A program made the position numbers and the translations under genes. Source: Candidatus Daviesbacteria bacterium (GTDB lineage Bacteria; Patescibacteriota; Microgenomatia; Daviesbacterales; UBA10151). Taken from it: DNA of 64,000 nucleotides. The stretch spans positions 97,595-161,594 of the forward strand of contig JACPKP010000009.1 in assembly GCA_016186955.1 (NCBI GenBank). The letters run 5' to 3'. Numbering within the stretch: the first letter of the stretch is position 1; the number at the start of each line of letters is the position of its first letter. This document shows positions 1-8,456 of the stretch, piece after piece. The notes below the pieces were generated by a model, which saw nothing but the letters and a program-made list of their open reading frames with translations, did no database searches and was not told the DNA's origin.

Positions 1-147
1 CAAGGAGATTGTTTGTTGAACGCATAAAAGATATGCAAGAAGTGGATGGTTATAACTCAGATGGAAAACGTTTTGCAGGAGTTTTATATTTTTAGCTCCG
101 ATGAGGCGTACTTGCAAAAGTTTTCCTAAACAAACTAATATAGATAT

Positions 148-1110
148 ATGGCCAAAGTTTTGGTGACCAGGAAAATTCCCGGGAATGGAGTAAAAATTCT
201 TCAGGATGCCGGGTATGAGGTGGAGGTAGGACAGCAGGATTCTCCTATGGAGCGGGCTGAGCTTTTGCAAAAAGTGGTAGGTTGTGACGGGGTTTTAACC
301 CAACTTCAGGATAAGGTTGACGAGGAGTTTATCAAAGCTGCCGGATCAAATTTAAAAGTTGTGGCAAATTTTGCAGTAGGTTTTGATAACTTCAAGATGG
401 AAGATATCCAAAACCATAACCTGGCTGCCACCAATACCCCGGATGTTTTGACAGAGGCTGTTGCAGAACACACCTTTGCCTTAATTTTTGCAATCACCAG
501 GAGGGTGGTTGAGGCGGATATAATTGCCCACAAACAATCTCAGGCTTTTGGACCGGAAGTTTTGCTGGGTATGGAGCTTAAAGGGAAAACTTTGGGTGTA
601 TTGGGGTTGGGGAGGATTGGCGGCAGGGTTGCTGAGATAGGAAAATGTATGGGCATGAATGTCATTTATTATGATGTCAAACAAAATTCCGAATTTGAAC
701 AAAAAGTGGGGGCTGCTTTCAAAGCTGTCCCGGAGGATCTTTTAAAAGAGGCTGATGTGGTGTCTGTCCATGTGCCGCTTCTTGATTCCACAAAACACCT
801 TATGAATGCAGAGAGGTTGGGGATGATGAAAAATACCGCCTATTTAGTCAACACCTCAAGGGGTCCGGTGGTTGATGAAGCTGCCCTGACACAAGCGCTA
901 AAGGACCATGTTATTGCAGGCGCAGCCCTGGACGTGTTTGAAAATGAGCCTAAACTTGCCCCTGGCTTGGAAAGCTTAATGAATATAGTGGTTACACCCC
1001 ATATTGCATCAGCCACAATTGAAGCCCGCAGCGCCATGGGGGAGTTGGCTGCTAAAAATATCATGGCAGTCTTAAATGGAGAACCGCCCCTGACACCTGT
1101 GCATAAATAA
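148..1110 (+). CDS. D-isomer-specific 2-hydroxyacid dehydrogenase (glyoxylate/hydroxypyruvate reductase family)
   Basis: NAD-binding Rossmann motif GVLGLGRIGGRVAEIG. Conserved catalytic region layout of the D-2-HDH family, 320 aa, ATG start. Confidence 0.85.
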   Translation: MAKVLVTRKIPGNGVKILQDAGYEVEVGQQDSPMERAELLQKVVGCDGVLTQLQDKVDEEFIKAAGSNLKVVANFAVGFDNFKMEDIQNHNLAATNTPDVLTEAVAEHTFALIFAITRRVVEADIIAHKQSQAFGPEVLLGMELKGKTLGVLGLGRIGGRVAEIGKCMGMNVIYYDVKQNSEFEQKVGAAFKAVPEDLLKEADVVSVHVPLLDSTKHLMNAERLGMMKNTAYLVNTSRGPVVDEAALTQALKDHVIAGAALDVFENEPKLAPGLESLMNIVVTPHIASATIEARSAMGELAAKNIMAVLNGEPPLTPVHK

Positions 1111-1111
1111 A

Positions 1112-2104
1112 ATGGATCAGACTGCCCTTTATGATGTAATTATTATCGGCGGAGGGCCGGCTGCTGTTGCGGCAGCTGTTTATTGTGCCAGGAAAAAGCT
1201 TAAAAGCCTGCTTATCACTGAGTCATTTGGAGGCCAATCTATAGTTTCTGATGATATCCAAAACTGGATCGGCGACCCCCACATTTCTGGGCTGGATTTG
1301 GCAAAAAAACTTGAGGCCCATGTACGTGTTTATCCTGATATGGTGGAGATTAAACTGCCGGAAAAAGTGGTGGAAGTAAAATCAGTCAAATGTGAAGAAG
1401 CTGCAAGAATTTGTGATTTTGAGGTAAAAACCGACAATGGGAATACTTACTCCTCAAAAAGTGTAATTGTTGCAGCAGGCGCCAGAAGAAGGAGGTTGGG
1501 GGTGCCCGGTGAAGACCAGTTTGAAGGTAAAGGGGTAGCTTTTTGTTCGACATGTGATGCTCCTCTTTTTGCCGGTAAAAAAGTGGCGGTTGTGGGGGGT
1601 GGGAATGCCGGTCTTGAGGCAGCACAGGATCTTTTTAAATATGCCCAAGAGGTATATATTTTAGACTTTGGAGAGCAGTTAAAAGGCGACCCTGTCACAA
1701 TAGATGAAATTCAGAAAAACCCTAAGCTCAAAGGTATTATAAATAACGCTCAAACTTTGGAGGTATTGGGGGACAAACTTGTAACAGGATTAAAATACAA
1801 AGATGTGAAGACCAATGAGGAAAAAACACTTGAGGTGGGGGGGGTTTTTGTGGAGATTGGTTCAGTACCCAATGCCGAGATGGTCAAAGATTTAGTCCAG
1901 CTTGATCCCCATGGGCAGGTGATGATTAACTTCCAGCACGCCAGGACTTCCCATCCTGGGGTTTTTGCTGCCGGGGATGTGACAGATGACCCCTATAAAC
2001 AGAACAACATTTCAGTAGGAGATGGGGTTAGGGCAGCGCTGTCAGCCCAGGCTTATCTGCAAAATAAGGAGAAGACCAGCCCCGCTGCAGAAAAACACCC
2101 CTGA
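1112..2104 (+). CDS. Thioredoxin reductase-like FAD/NAD(P)H disulfide oxidoreductase
   Basis: FAD motif DVIIIGGGPAAVAAAVY, redox-active CxxC (CSTCDAPLF), NAD(P)H motif VAVVGGGNAGLEAAQD, FAAGDV near the C-terminus. Ends in a TGA stop. Confidence 0.75.
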   Translation: MDQTALYDVIIIGGGPAAVAAAVYCARKKLKSLLITESFGGQSIVSDDIQNWIGDPHISGLDLAKKLEAHVRVYPDMVEIKLPEKVVEVKSVKCEEAARICDFEVKTDNGNTYSSKSVIVAAGARRRRLGVPGEDQFEGKGVAFCSTCDAPLFAGKKVAVVGGGNAGLEAAQDLFKYAQEVYILDFGEQLKGDPVTIDEIQKNPKLKGIINNAQTLEVLGDKLVTGLKYKDVKTNEEKTLEVGGVFVEIGSVPNAEMVKDLVQLDPHGQVMINFQHARTSHPGVFAAGDVTDDPYKQNNISVGDGVRAALSAQAYLQNKEKTSPAAEKHP

Positions 2105-2105
2105 G

Positions 2106-2663
2106 ATGAATTACATGAGTGCTCAGTTGATGAGATATAAATTCCTAAGCGCCTTTTTGGTGAGTTTAGTGATAGCAGTTTTTTTAGCGGAAAACAAGAC
2201 ATTCCATAATTGGCTTTTAGAGCTGGGTGAGCTTGAGTATTTAGGAGTTTTTTTATCAGGTATACTTTTTGTATCAAGTTTTACCGTAGCGGCAGCGACA
2301 GTTTTAATCGTAATTTTATCCGAGAATATACACCCTGTAGCGATAGGGATTGTAGGAGGAGCAGGTGCGTTACTAGGTGACCTATTGATTTATAGGTTTT
2401 TCAAAAACCATTTATTTCAGGAATTGACAACTCTGTTTGGTAAAGAAGGGATCTCTTATATCAGGTCGGTAATCCATTCTAAATATATAGCGTGGACCCT
2501 GCCGATGATCGGTATATTCATTATTGCCTCACCCTTGCCTGATGAATTAGGGATAAGTTTATTGGGCCTGTCTAAAATCTCCCAAACCAAATTTATGTTA
2601 ATTTCATTTATCTCTAATGCTTTTGGGATCCTTGCAATTGCTTCTGTGGCAAGGGTGATATAG
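2106..2663 (+). CDS. Polytopic small membrane protein (unknown family)
   Basis: Several hydrophobic segments. The track ORF 2022.. overlaps the trxB-like 3' end, so I took the first ATG after that gene's stop (2106) as start. Confidence 0.45.
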   Translation: MNYMSAQLMRYKFLSAFLVSLVIAVFLAENKTFHNWLLELGELEYLGVFLSGILFVSSFTVAAATVLIVILSENIHPVAIGIVGGAGALLGDLLIYRFFKNHLFQELTTLFGKEGISYIRSVIHSKYIAWTLPMIGIFIIASPLPDELGISLLGLSKISQTKFMLISFISNAFGILAIASVARVI

Positions 2664-2673
2664 ACTGAAAATT

Positions 2674-3657
2674 ATGGATACGTTACCCACTTTAAATACT
2701 GACTCCGCAGGTAAAATTATGGTTACCAATATTCCCACCATACTGTCTGACGAAAATGCGTCAGCTGCTATGAAACAACTGGCAAACGGGGCATGGGATG
2801 ACATTCATTCGATCTACGTGGTAGATAAAGAAAAAATACTCAAAGGTGTGATGCCGATACACAAACTTGTTACTGCAAAAGATGACGAGAGTGTTGCAGG
2901 ATTAATGGACCGTCCCAAAATAGTAGTAAAACCTGAAACTGACAAAGAAAAAGTGGCGGTTGAAGCATTAAAGAATGATTTAAAATCCGTGCCTGTTGTA
3001 GATGATGCAGGCCATCTCCTGGGTGCAATCAGCACCGACCAGATTTTTGATATTTTGCATGAGGAACACCTGGAAGATTTTTTGCGTTCGTCAGGTATTA
3101 GAGGTAAGGGTTCATGGATTATCAAATTGGCAACAGCCAACCTGCCGGATTTAATTAAATCAAGAATGCCCTGGTTGGTAGTAGGTTTGGGTGGGGGTAT
3201 AGGGGCCAGTTTTATAATCAGCAGGTTTCAGGGTTCTCTGGAGCAAAATGTGGCGCTGGCATTTTTCATCTCGATGATTGCGTATATGTCTGATGCGATA
3301 GGGACTCAGACAGAGACAATATTTATCAGGTCGCTGACTCTTTTAAAGTTTAATATATTCACTTACATTTTCAGGGAATTTATAACAGGGGCTGTCATAG
3401 GTTCTATTTTTGGAGTTTTAACCGGCCTGTTTGCAGCTTTTTTGTCAGGTTCATCTTCCATTGGTTTTGTGGTGGGGTTGTCGCTTTTTTTATCTATGAG
3501 TATGGCAACTGTATTGGCATGTATCACACCAATTATTCTGAAAGCTTTGGGGAAAGATCCTGCGGTTGGAAGCGGTCCGTTTACTACAGCAGTACAGGAT
3601 TTTGTAAGCCTGGCGGTTTACTTTACAATTGCTTCGGTAGTCTTATCTAAATTCTAG
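2674..3657 (+). CDS. mgtE: Magnesium transporter MgtE
   Basis: N-terminal MgtE-N and CBS pair (DDAGHLLGAISTDQIFDIL), then the MgtE TM domain with PFTTAVQDFVSLAVYFTIA. Confidence 0.85.
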   Translation: MDTLPTLNTDSAGKIMVTNIPTILSDENASAAMKQLANGAWDDIHSIYVVDKEKILKGVMPIHKLVTAKDDESVAGLMDRPKIVVKPETDKEKVAVEALKNDLKSVPVVDDAGHLLGAISTDQIFDILHEEHLEDFLRSSGIRGKGSWIIKLATANLPDLIKSRMPWLVVGLGGGIGASFIISRFQGSLEQNVALAFFISMIAYMSDAIGTQTETIFIRSLTLLKFNIFTYIFREFITGAVIGSIFGVLTGLFAAFLSGSSSIGFVVGLSLFLSMSMATVLACITPIILKALGKDPAVGSGPFTTAVQDFVSLAVYFTIASVVLSKF

Positions 3658-3664
3658 CGGGAAT

Positions 3665-3814
3665 TTAACAAAATTCACAGACGTTTTTTACCTCTTTGGG
3701 TATTTTGCAGCATGTAGCACAGCAATATACACTGCCTTGGTGGGTAAAACCTTGACCCGGTTTAATTATCTTACCGCATTTAACGCACTTGTGTTCTTTT
3801 GTGTCAGTCGCCAT
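3665..3814 (-). CDS. Small Cys-rich putative metal-binding protein (TRASH/YHS-like), 49 aa
   Basis: Hand-translated minus-strand ORF MATDTKEHKCVKCGKIIKPGQGFTHQGSVYCCATCCKIPKEVKNVCEFC. It has a CxxCG...YCCxxCC pattern and lies 32 nt downstream of the P-type ATPase on the same strand. Not in the 60-aa ORF track. Confidence 0.35.
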   Translation of the reverse strand: MATDTKEHKCVKCGKIIKPGQGFTHQGSVYCCATCCKIPKEVKNVCEFC

Positions 3815-3846
3815 TTTACTCCGTGTTTAATATATAACATATTAAA

Positions 3847-6381
3847 CTAATTTGTCAAATTTTTGTGGATTTTGAAAAGAGTTTGCAAGGTAACTCCTCC
3901 TATAGAAACAGGCAGATACAAAAGCAAAAACTGTAAGGCGACTGAACTGAAAACAGCCAACGTTAAATATTTGTTTGAGAGAAGGGGAAGGTTATATTCT
4001 GCGCGGATATCAACAAGACGTAACATTTCAAATAAAACAACTGCAGTAAAGGCAAGTGTTTGCCCGTGGATAATATCGTTTTTGAAAAAGAAAAATATAC
4101 CCAACGTAGCAAATGTTAAGAGCATGCTTGCAGAGATCATTTTTTTGAAAAAACGTTGATTGATTATCTGCTCTTTAAAATCCCGGGGTTTAGACTGCAT
4201 GATATTCTCCCTGGCAGGGTCAACTCCCAGGGCAATAGCAGGCAAGCCGTCTGTAACCAGATTTATCCATAAAAGGTGGATAGGTAAAAGAGGTATGGGC
4301 CAGTTGGCAGCCAAAGCTAAAAACACCACCCCAACCTCCATCATGTTTGAAGAAAGCAGGTAATTTACAAACTTCCGGATGTTGTCATAAATTGCCCGTC
4401 CTTCTTTTATGGCCTTTACAATGGTACTGAAGTTATCATCCAGTAAGATCATATCGGATGAATCTTTCGCTACATCTGTCCCTGTTATGCCCATGGCAAC
4501 ACCAATATCTGAGGTTTTTAAGGCAGGGGCATCATTGACCCCATCCCCGGTCATTGCCACCTGATGGCCGAGCGCCTTTAAAGCCTTGACTATCTTCAAT
4601 TTGTGTTCAGGATTCACCCTGGCATAGATGCTGATGTTTTCAACCTGATCCTGGAATTGTTGCTCGGTCAATTTATCAAGATCTAATCCTGTCATGCTTT
4701 TGCCTGTGATTCCTACCTCTTGTGCAATTGCCTCAGCTGTCAGAAGATGATCCCCTGTGATCATGATCACTCGTATACCCGCCTCATTTTGGCAAGTTGC
4801 TATTGTTTCTTTGATGCCTGTTCTTGGAGGGTCCATCATGCCCTGTAACCCCAAAAATACCAAGTCCGATTCGGCGTTTTGACCCCACCTCCCAGGTGTA
4901 ATCTCATTTTTTTCACCCGGGGGGTGTTTTACTTGCTTATATGCAAAAGCTAAAACTCTTAAAGCTTGAGAAGCCATCTCTTCATTAGTTTTCAGAATTT
5001 TTTGCCTGTCTTGTTCAGTCAGGTTTTCAACTTTACCGTTTCTCTCGATCTTGCTGCAGAGGTTCAAGATCACTTCGGTGGCCCCTTTACTGGCAACCAA
5101 CTCATCTTCCCCGTTTTTTGAAGAGGTAGTCATGAGCTTTCTATCTGAGGAAAAGGGTACTTCCAACACCCGGGTATATTTTGTGAGCAGTTCATTTTGG
5201 TCCACTCCGTTTTCAATGGCAACTTTAATTAAGGCTGCTTCAGTGGAATCACCTATAATTTCTCCGTCATTTTTTCTGGCATTGCTGGCAAGGATTGCTA
5301 TTTCATAAAGCTTTTTTAATTCTGCGGTGGGTTCTGTTAATTTATCGTTGGCATAGATTTTCCGCACACTCATAACCCCTTCTGTCAAAGTGCCTGTTTT
5401 ATCGGAACAGATTACGTCTGTTGAACCAAGAGTTTCCGCTGCGGGCAAGTTTCTAATTAGGGCGTTTTGTTTCAAAAGCCTTCTGGTGCCTAAGGCCAGA
5501 GAAATAGTAACAACTGCCGGTAAGCCTTCTGGAATGGCAGCAACTGCCAGTGCGACTGCAGAAATTAGCGCTTCTATGATCTGTTGGCTGCCAAAGACCA
5601 TCTCCTGGAAGGCGACCATAACTGAGATGCCAAGGATGATTTTGCCTATCACTCTACCCATCTTGTCCAGTTTCTGCTGCATGGGTGTTTCAGGTGATTC
5701 CTCCTCTGTCACCAGTTTGGCAATTTTTCCAATTTCTGTTGCCATGCCGGTAGCAACAACAATCCCGGTACCTTTTCCGGTAGAGACAATAGTCCCTGAA
5801 AAAAGCATGTTCTTTTGGTCTGCTATGGGCAGATCGCCTTTTAAAACATCGGATGTTTTGGAAACCGGGGTAGATTCGCCGGTAAGCGAGCTTTCAATAA
5901 TTTTTAAATTAATAGCTAGTGTCAGTCTGATATCAGCAGTGACCCGTTGTCCTTCCTCGATCTGGATCAGGTCTCCCGGTATGAGTTCGGTAGAGGGGAT
6001 TTTTACTAAATTACCATCCCTGATGACCAGGACTTCAGATGTAATAAGTTTTTTAAGGTGCTCAATGGCTTTTTCAATCCTATATTCCTGGATGAAACCA
6101 ACAACCGCATTAATGATTACAATAGCGATTATCATCAGTGCATCCAGTTTTTCCCCGAATAGGAACGAAATGACGGATGCAACTATCAGGATGATAACCA
6201 AAAAGTCGGTAAATTCGGAAAAAAATAAAGCCAGAGGGTTGATACCTTTTTTTTCTTTTAAGGAGTTGGGCCCGTAAGTTTTTAGCCTTGATTTTGCCTC
6301 TTCAACAGACAAACCTTTTTGCAGGTCGGTTTTTAAAAAAGTTGCAATTTGTTTCGGAGTTTGAGCAAATATCTTTTCCAC
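3847..6381 (-). CDS. P-type cation-transporting ATPase (P2-type, Ca2+/cation pump-like)
   Basis: DKTGTLT phosphorylation motif, TGDGVNDAPALK hinge, PEGLP in TM4 (not CPC, so not a heavy-metal P1B pump). 844 aa, GTG start. Confidence 0.9.
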   Translation of the reverse strand: MEKIFAQTPKQIATFLKTDLQKGLSVEEAKSRLKTYGPNSLKEKKGINPLALFFSEFTDFLVIILIVASVISFLFGEKLDALMIIAIVIINAVVGFIQEYRIEKAIEHLKKLITSEVLVIRDGNLVKIPSTELIPGDLIQIEEGQRVTADIRLTLAINLKIIESSLTGESTPVSKTSDVLKGDLPIADQKNMLFSGTIVSTGKGTGIVVATGMATEIGKIAKLVTEEESPETPMQQKLDKMGRVIGKIILGISVMVAFQEMVFGSQQIIEALISAVALAVAAIPEGLPAVVTISLALGTRRLLKQNALIRNLPAAETLGSTDVICSDKTGTLTEGVMSVRKIYANDKLTEPTAELKKLYEIAILASNARKNDGEIIGDSTEAALIKVAIENGVDQNELLTKYTRVLEVPFSSDRKLMTTSSKNGEDELVASKGATEVILNLCSKIERNGKVENLTEQDRQKILKTNEEMASQALRVLAFAYKQVKHPPGEKNEITPGRWGQNAESDLVFLGLQGMMDPPRTGIKETIATCQNEAGIRVIMITGDHLLTAEAIAQEVGITGKSMTGLDLDKLTEQQFQDQVENISIYARVNPEHKLKIVKALKALGHQVAMTGDGVNDAPALKTSDIGVAMGITGTDVAKDSSDMILLDDNFSTIVKAIKEGRAIYDNIRKFVNYLLSSNMMEVGVVFLALAANWPIPLLPIHLLWINLVTDGLPAIALGVDPARENIMQSKPRDFKEQIINQRFFKKMISASMLLTFATLGIFFFFKNDIIHGQTLAFTAVVLFEMLRLVDIRAEYNLPLLSNKYLTLAVFSSVALQFLLLYLPVSIGGVTLQTLFKIHKNLTN

Positions 6382-6480
6382 GTAATTTTAGTATATATCA
6401 TAAGCGAACCGGGGTGTACTCTCTTAAGAGAGGTTGTATTTTTATCTTTTGGGTGTATAATCAACCCACTAAGTTTAAAA

Positions 6481-7497
6481 ATGGAACGGGTTCAAGACCA
6501 TTACAACACACTTGAAGTGAGCCCAAAAGCCAGGCCCGAAATAATTGAGGCGGCTTACAGGACATTAGCCAAAATTTACCACCCCGATATAAAGACAGGG
6601 GATACAGATACATTTAAAGCAATAGTTTTGGCCCATGAAATTTTATCAGACCCGGCTAAAAGAGTTTTCTATGACCGGGAAAAAGATAAATTGGAAGGGA
6701 AAGTAATTGGGGATTACCGGTTCTTGAGTAAAATCGCTGAAGGCGCTTTCGGCAGGACATATAAAGCCGAGCATATAATAATTAGAGAACCCGTATGTAT
6801 TAAGGACTGCTCTAAAATATCACCACAAGCGGAAAAGATATTAATTGATGAAGCGAAAGCTGTTTGGGATTTGCGCCACTATGCCCTTCCCGCAATGAGG
6901 GGGTTGGTCAGGCTTGAAAACAAAAGTTTGGGGCTTGTGATGAGTTACATAGAGGGGCCTACGTTGGAACAAATTGTAGCAAAGGCTGGGAATATGGATC
7001 CCGAAGACGTAGCGTGGATGGCAGAGAGGTCGCTTAACGCCTTAAAGTATATGCATTATAAAGGTGTTATTCACGGAGATATTAAACCCCAAAATATTAT
7101 TATCCAGCCTGAAAGTCACATGGCTGTTTTAATAGATTTTGGGCTTTCAATGGTAAAACCGACTCAAAACTCTGATGCCAAAGGGTTTACACCTTATTTT
7201 GCTCCAAAGGAGCAGATTACCGGATTGGTTATATTACCGGAATCAGATCTTTACAGCCTTGGTAAGACAATGATTTATGCTTTGAGCGGAGGTAATTTAG
7301 ATTGCGTTAGAGATGGGTTGGTGCCAAGAATAGTGCCCGATGAAATGTGTATGCTAATAAGACGCCTGACAAGGGAAGATAGGGCAGAAAGACCTATCTG
7401 GGAAAACGAAGATCTCTGTGATACAATCGCAGATATGAGGGTTAAAGTTTTTGGAAGAAGAAGGTCAAATATGAAACCGGTAGCAGGTTTTTCTTAA
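6481..7497 (+). CDS. J-domain (DnaJ-like) fused to Hanks-type Ser/Thr protein kinase
   Basis: N-terminal J domain with HPD (DHYNTLEV...AKIYHPDIKTG...HEILSDPAKRVFYD). Kinase motifs: Gly loop EGAFGRTY, VAIK-like CIKD, catalytic loop HGDIKPQN, DFGLS, activation-loop FAPKE. Start placed at the ATG opening the J domain. Confidence 0.75.
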   Translation: MERVQDHYNTLEVSPKARPEIIEAAYRTLAKIYHPDIKTGDTDTFKAIVLAHEILSDPAKRVFYDREKDKLEGKVIGDYRFLSKIAEGAFGRTYKAEHIIIREPVCIKDCSKISPQAEKILIDEAKAVWDLRHYALPAMRGLVRLENKSLGLVMSYIEGPTLEQIVAKAGNMDPEDVAWMAERSLNALKYMHYKGVIHGDIKPQNIIIQPESHMAVLIDFGLSMVKPTQNSDAKGFTPYFAPKEQITGLVILPESDLYSLGKTMIYALSGGNLDCVRDGLVPRIVPDEMCMLIRRLTREDRAERPIWENEDLCDTIADMRVKVFGRRRSNMKPVAGFS

Positions 7498-7502
7498 AAA
7501 AC

Positions 7503-8456
7503 ATGTCAGAATCAGCGGATTTTAACCCTGGACCATGGCAAGGACATGACTTTAAAGCAGCCCGTGCTGTTTACGACAGGCATGCCGGCAGAAGCTATGC
7601 AGAAGCAGTAGCCCAGAATAAATCCACCAAAGATTTAGTGCCGCCCTCATTGCTCACCCAAAGCAGAAGGCCATTAGTGGTATCAATTGATTTAACTGGG
7701 TCAATGGAAGAATGGCCAGCTACAATCTGTGAAAAAATTGCTTATTTTGATCTTGAAGTCCAGGAATATTTAGGTGAAGATACGGAGGTAAGTTTTAACG
7801 GGATTGGTGATGCCACAAAAGGAGACAGATATCCTCTTCAAGTCAGGCCGTTTACCAAAGGTCTTGATTTAAAAGTACAGCTTTATAAATTAATTAATGA
7901 ACATGGTGGTGGTGGCGGTGGGGAAGAAAGCTATCAACTTGCCGCCCTTTATTATGCCAGAAAAGTTTCTATGCCTAATGCCATACGACCAATACATATA
8001 TTTATAGGGGATGAACAACCATATCCATCTGTTGATCCAACTCAAGCTAAAAATTTTGCCTATGAAGATTTACGTGAATCGGTTTCAACAAAGGGTATAT
8101 TTGAAGAGTTAAAACAGAAATATTCAGTTTACATTATCAGGAAGCCGTATCCCAGTATGGATAGCATTATCCAAGGCCATTGGGAAAGACTTTTGGGGGT
8201 GGATCACGTAGCGCCTTTACCTGATCCCAACAGGGTGGTTGATGTAATATTTGGCATTTTGGCAAAAGAGACAACCAGGATTGATTATTTTTATAATGAA
8301 TTGGATGGTAGGCAGACTCCTGCCCAAAGAGCGATTGTACGTGAATCTTTAAAAACAGTGCATACTCTCCCTAACGGCGATTTTAAAGCATTACGCTCAG
8401 GCCGTTCAGTTTTGCACAGGCCAATCCAGGGGGAAGATTCTGCCCCGTTAATTTAA
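7503..8456 (+). CDS. von Willebrand factor A (vWA) domain protein, TerY-like
   Basis: MIDAS-like VVSIDLTGSM, then a GGGGGGEESY Gly-rich loop and IFIGDEQPY. Starts 6 nt after the kinase stop. Confidence 0.65.
   Translation: MSESADFNPGPWQGHDFKAARAVYDRHAGRSYAEAVAQNKSTKDLVPPSLLTQSRRPLVVSIDLTGSMEEWPATICEKIAYFDLEVQEYLGEDTEVSFNGIGDATKGDRYPLQVRPFTKGLDLKVQLYKLINEHGGGGGGEESYQLAALYYARKVSMPNAIRPIHIFIGDEQPYPSVDPTQAKNFAYEDLRESVSTKGIFEELKQKYSVYIIRKPYPSMDSIIQGHWERLLGVDHVAPLPDPNRVVDVIFGILAKETTRIDYFYNELDGRQTPAQRAIVRESLKTVHTLPNGDFKALRSGRSVLHRPIQGEDSAPLI

Noticed and set aside
3-95. C-terminal fragment of an upstream + strand gene (…RRLFVERIKDMQEVDGYNSDGKRFAGVLYF*)
   Set aside because: Only 31 codons are visible at the window edge. 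Too little to call a feature.
5390-6277. 295-aa + strand ORF inside the P-type ATPase gene. Similar antisense ORFs occur inside secA (42691-43257), lon (26702-27160), hppA (29252-29590) and nrdJ (24245-24676)
   Set aside because: They are fully contained in the opposite strand of strongly supported conserved genes and have no motifs of their own. Typical antisense shadow ORFs.
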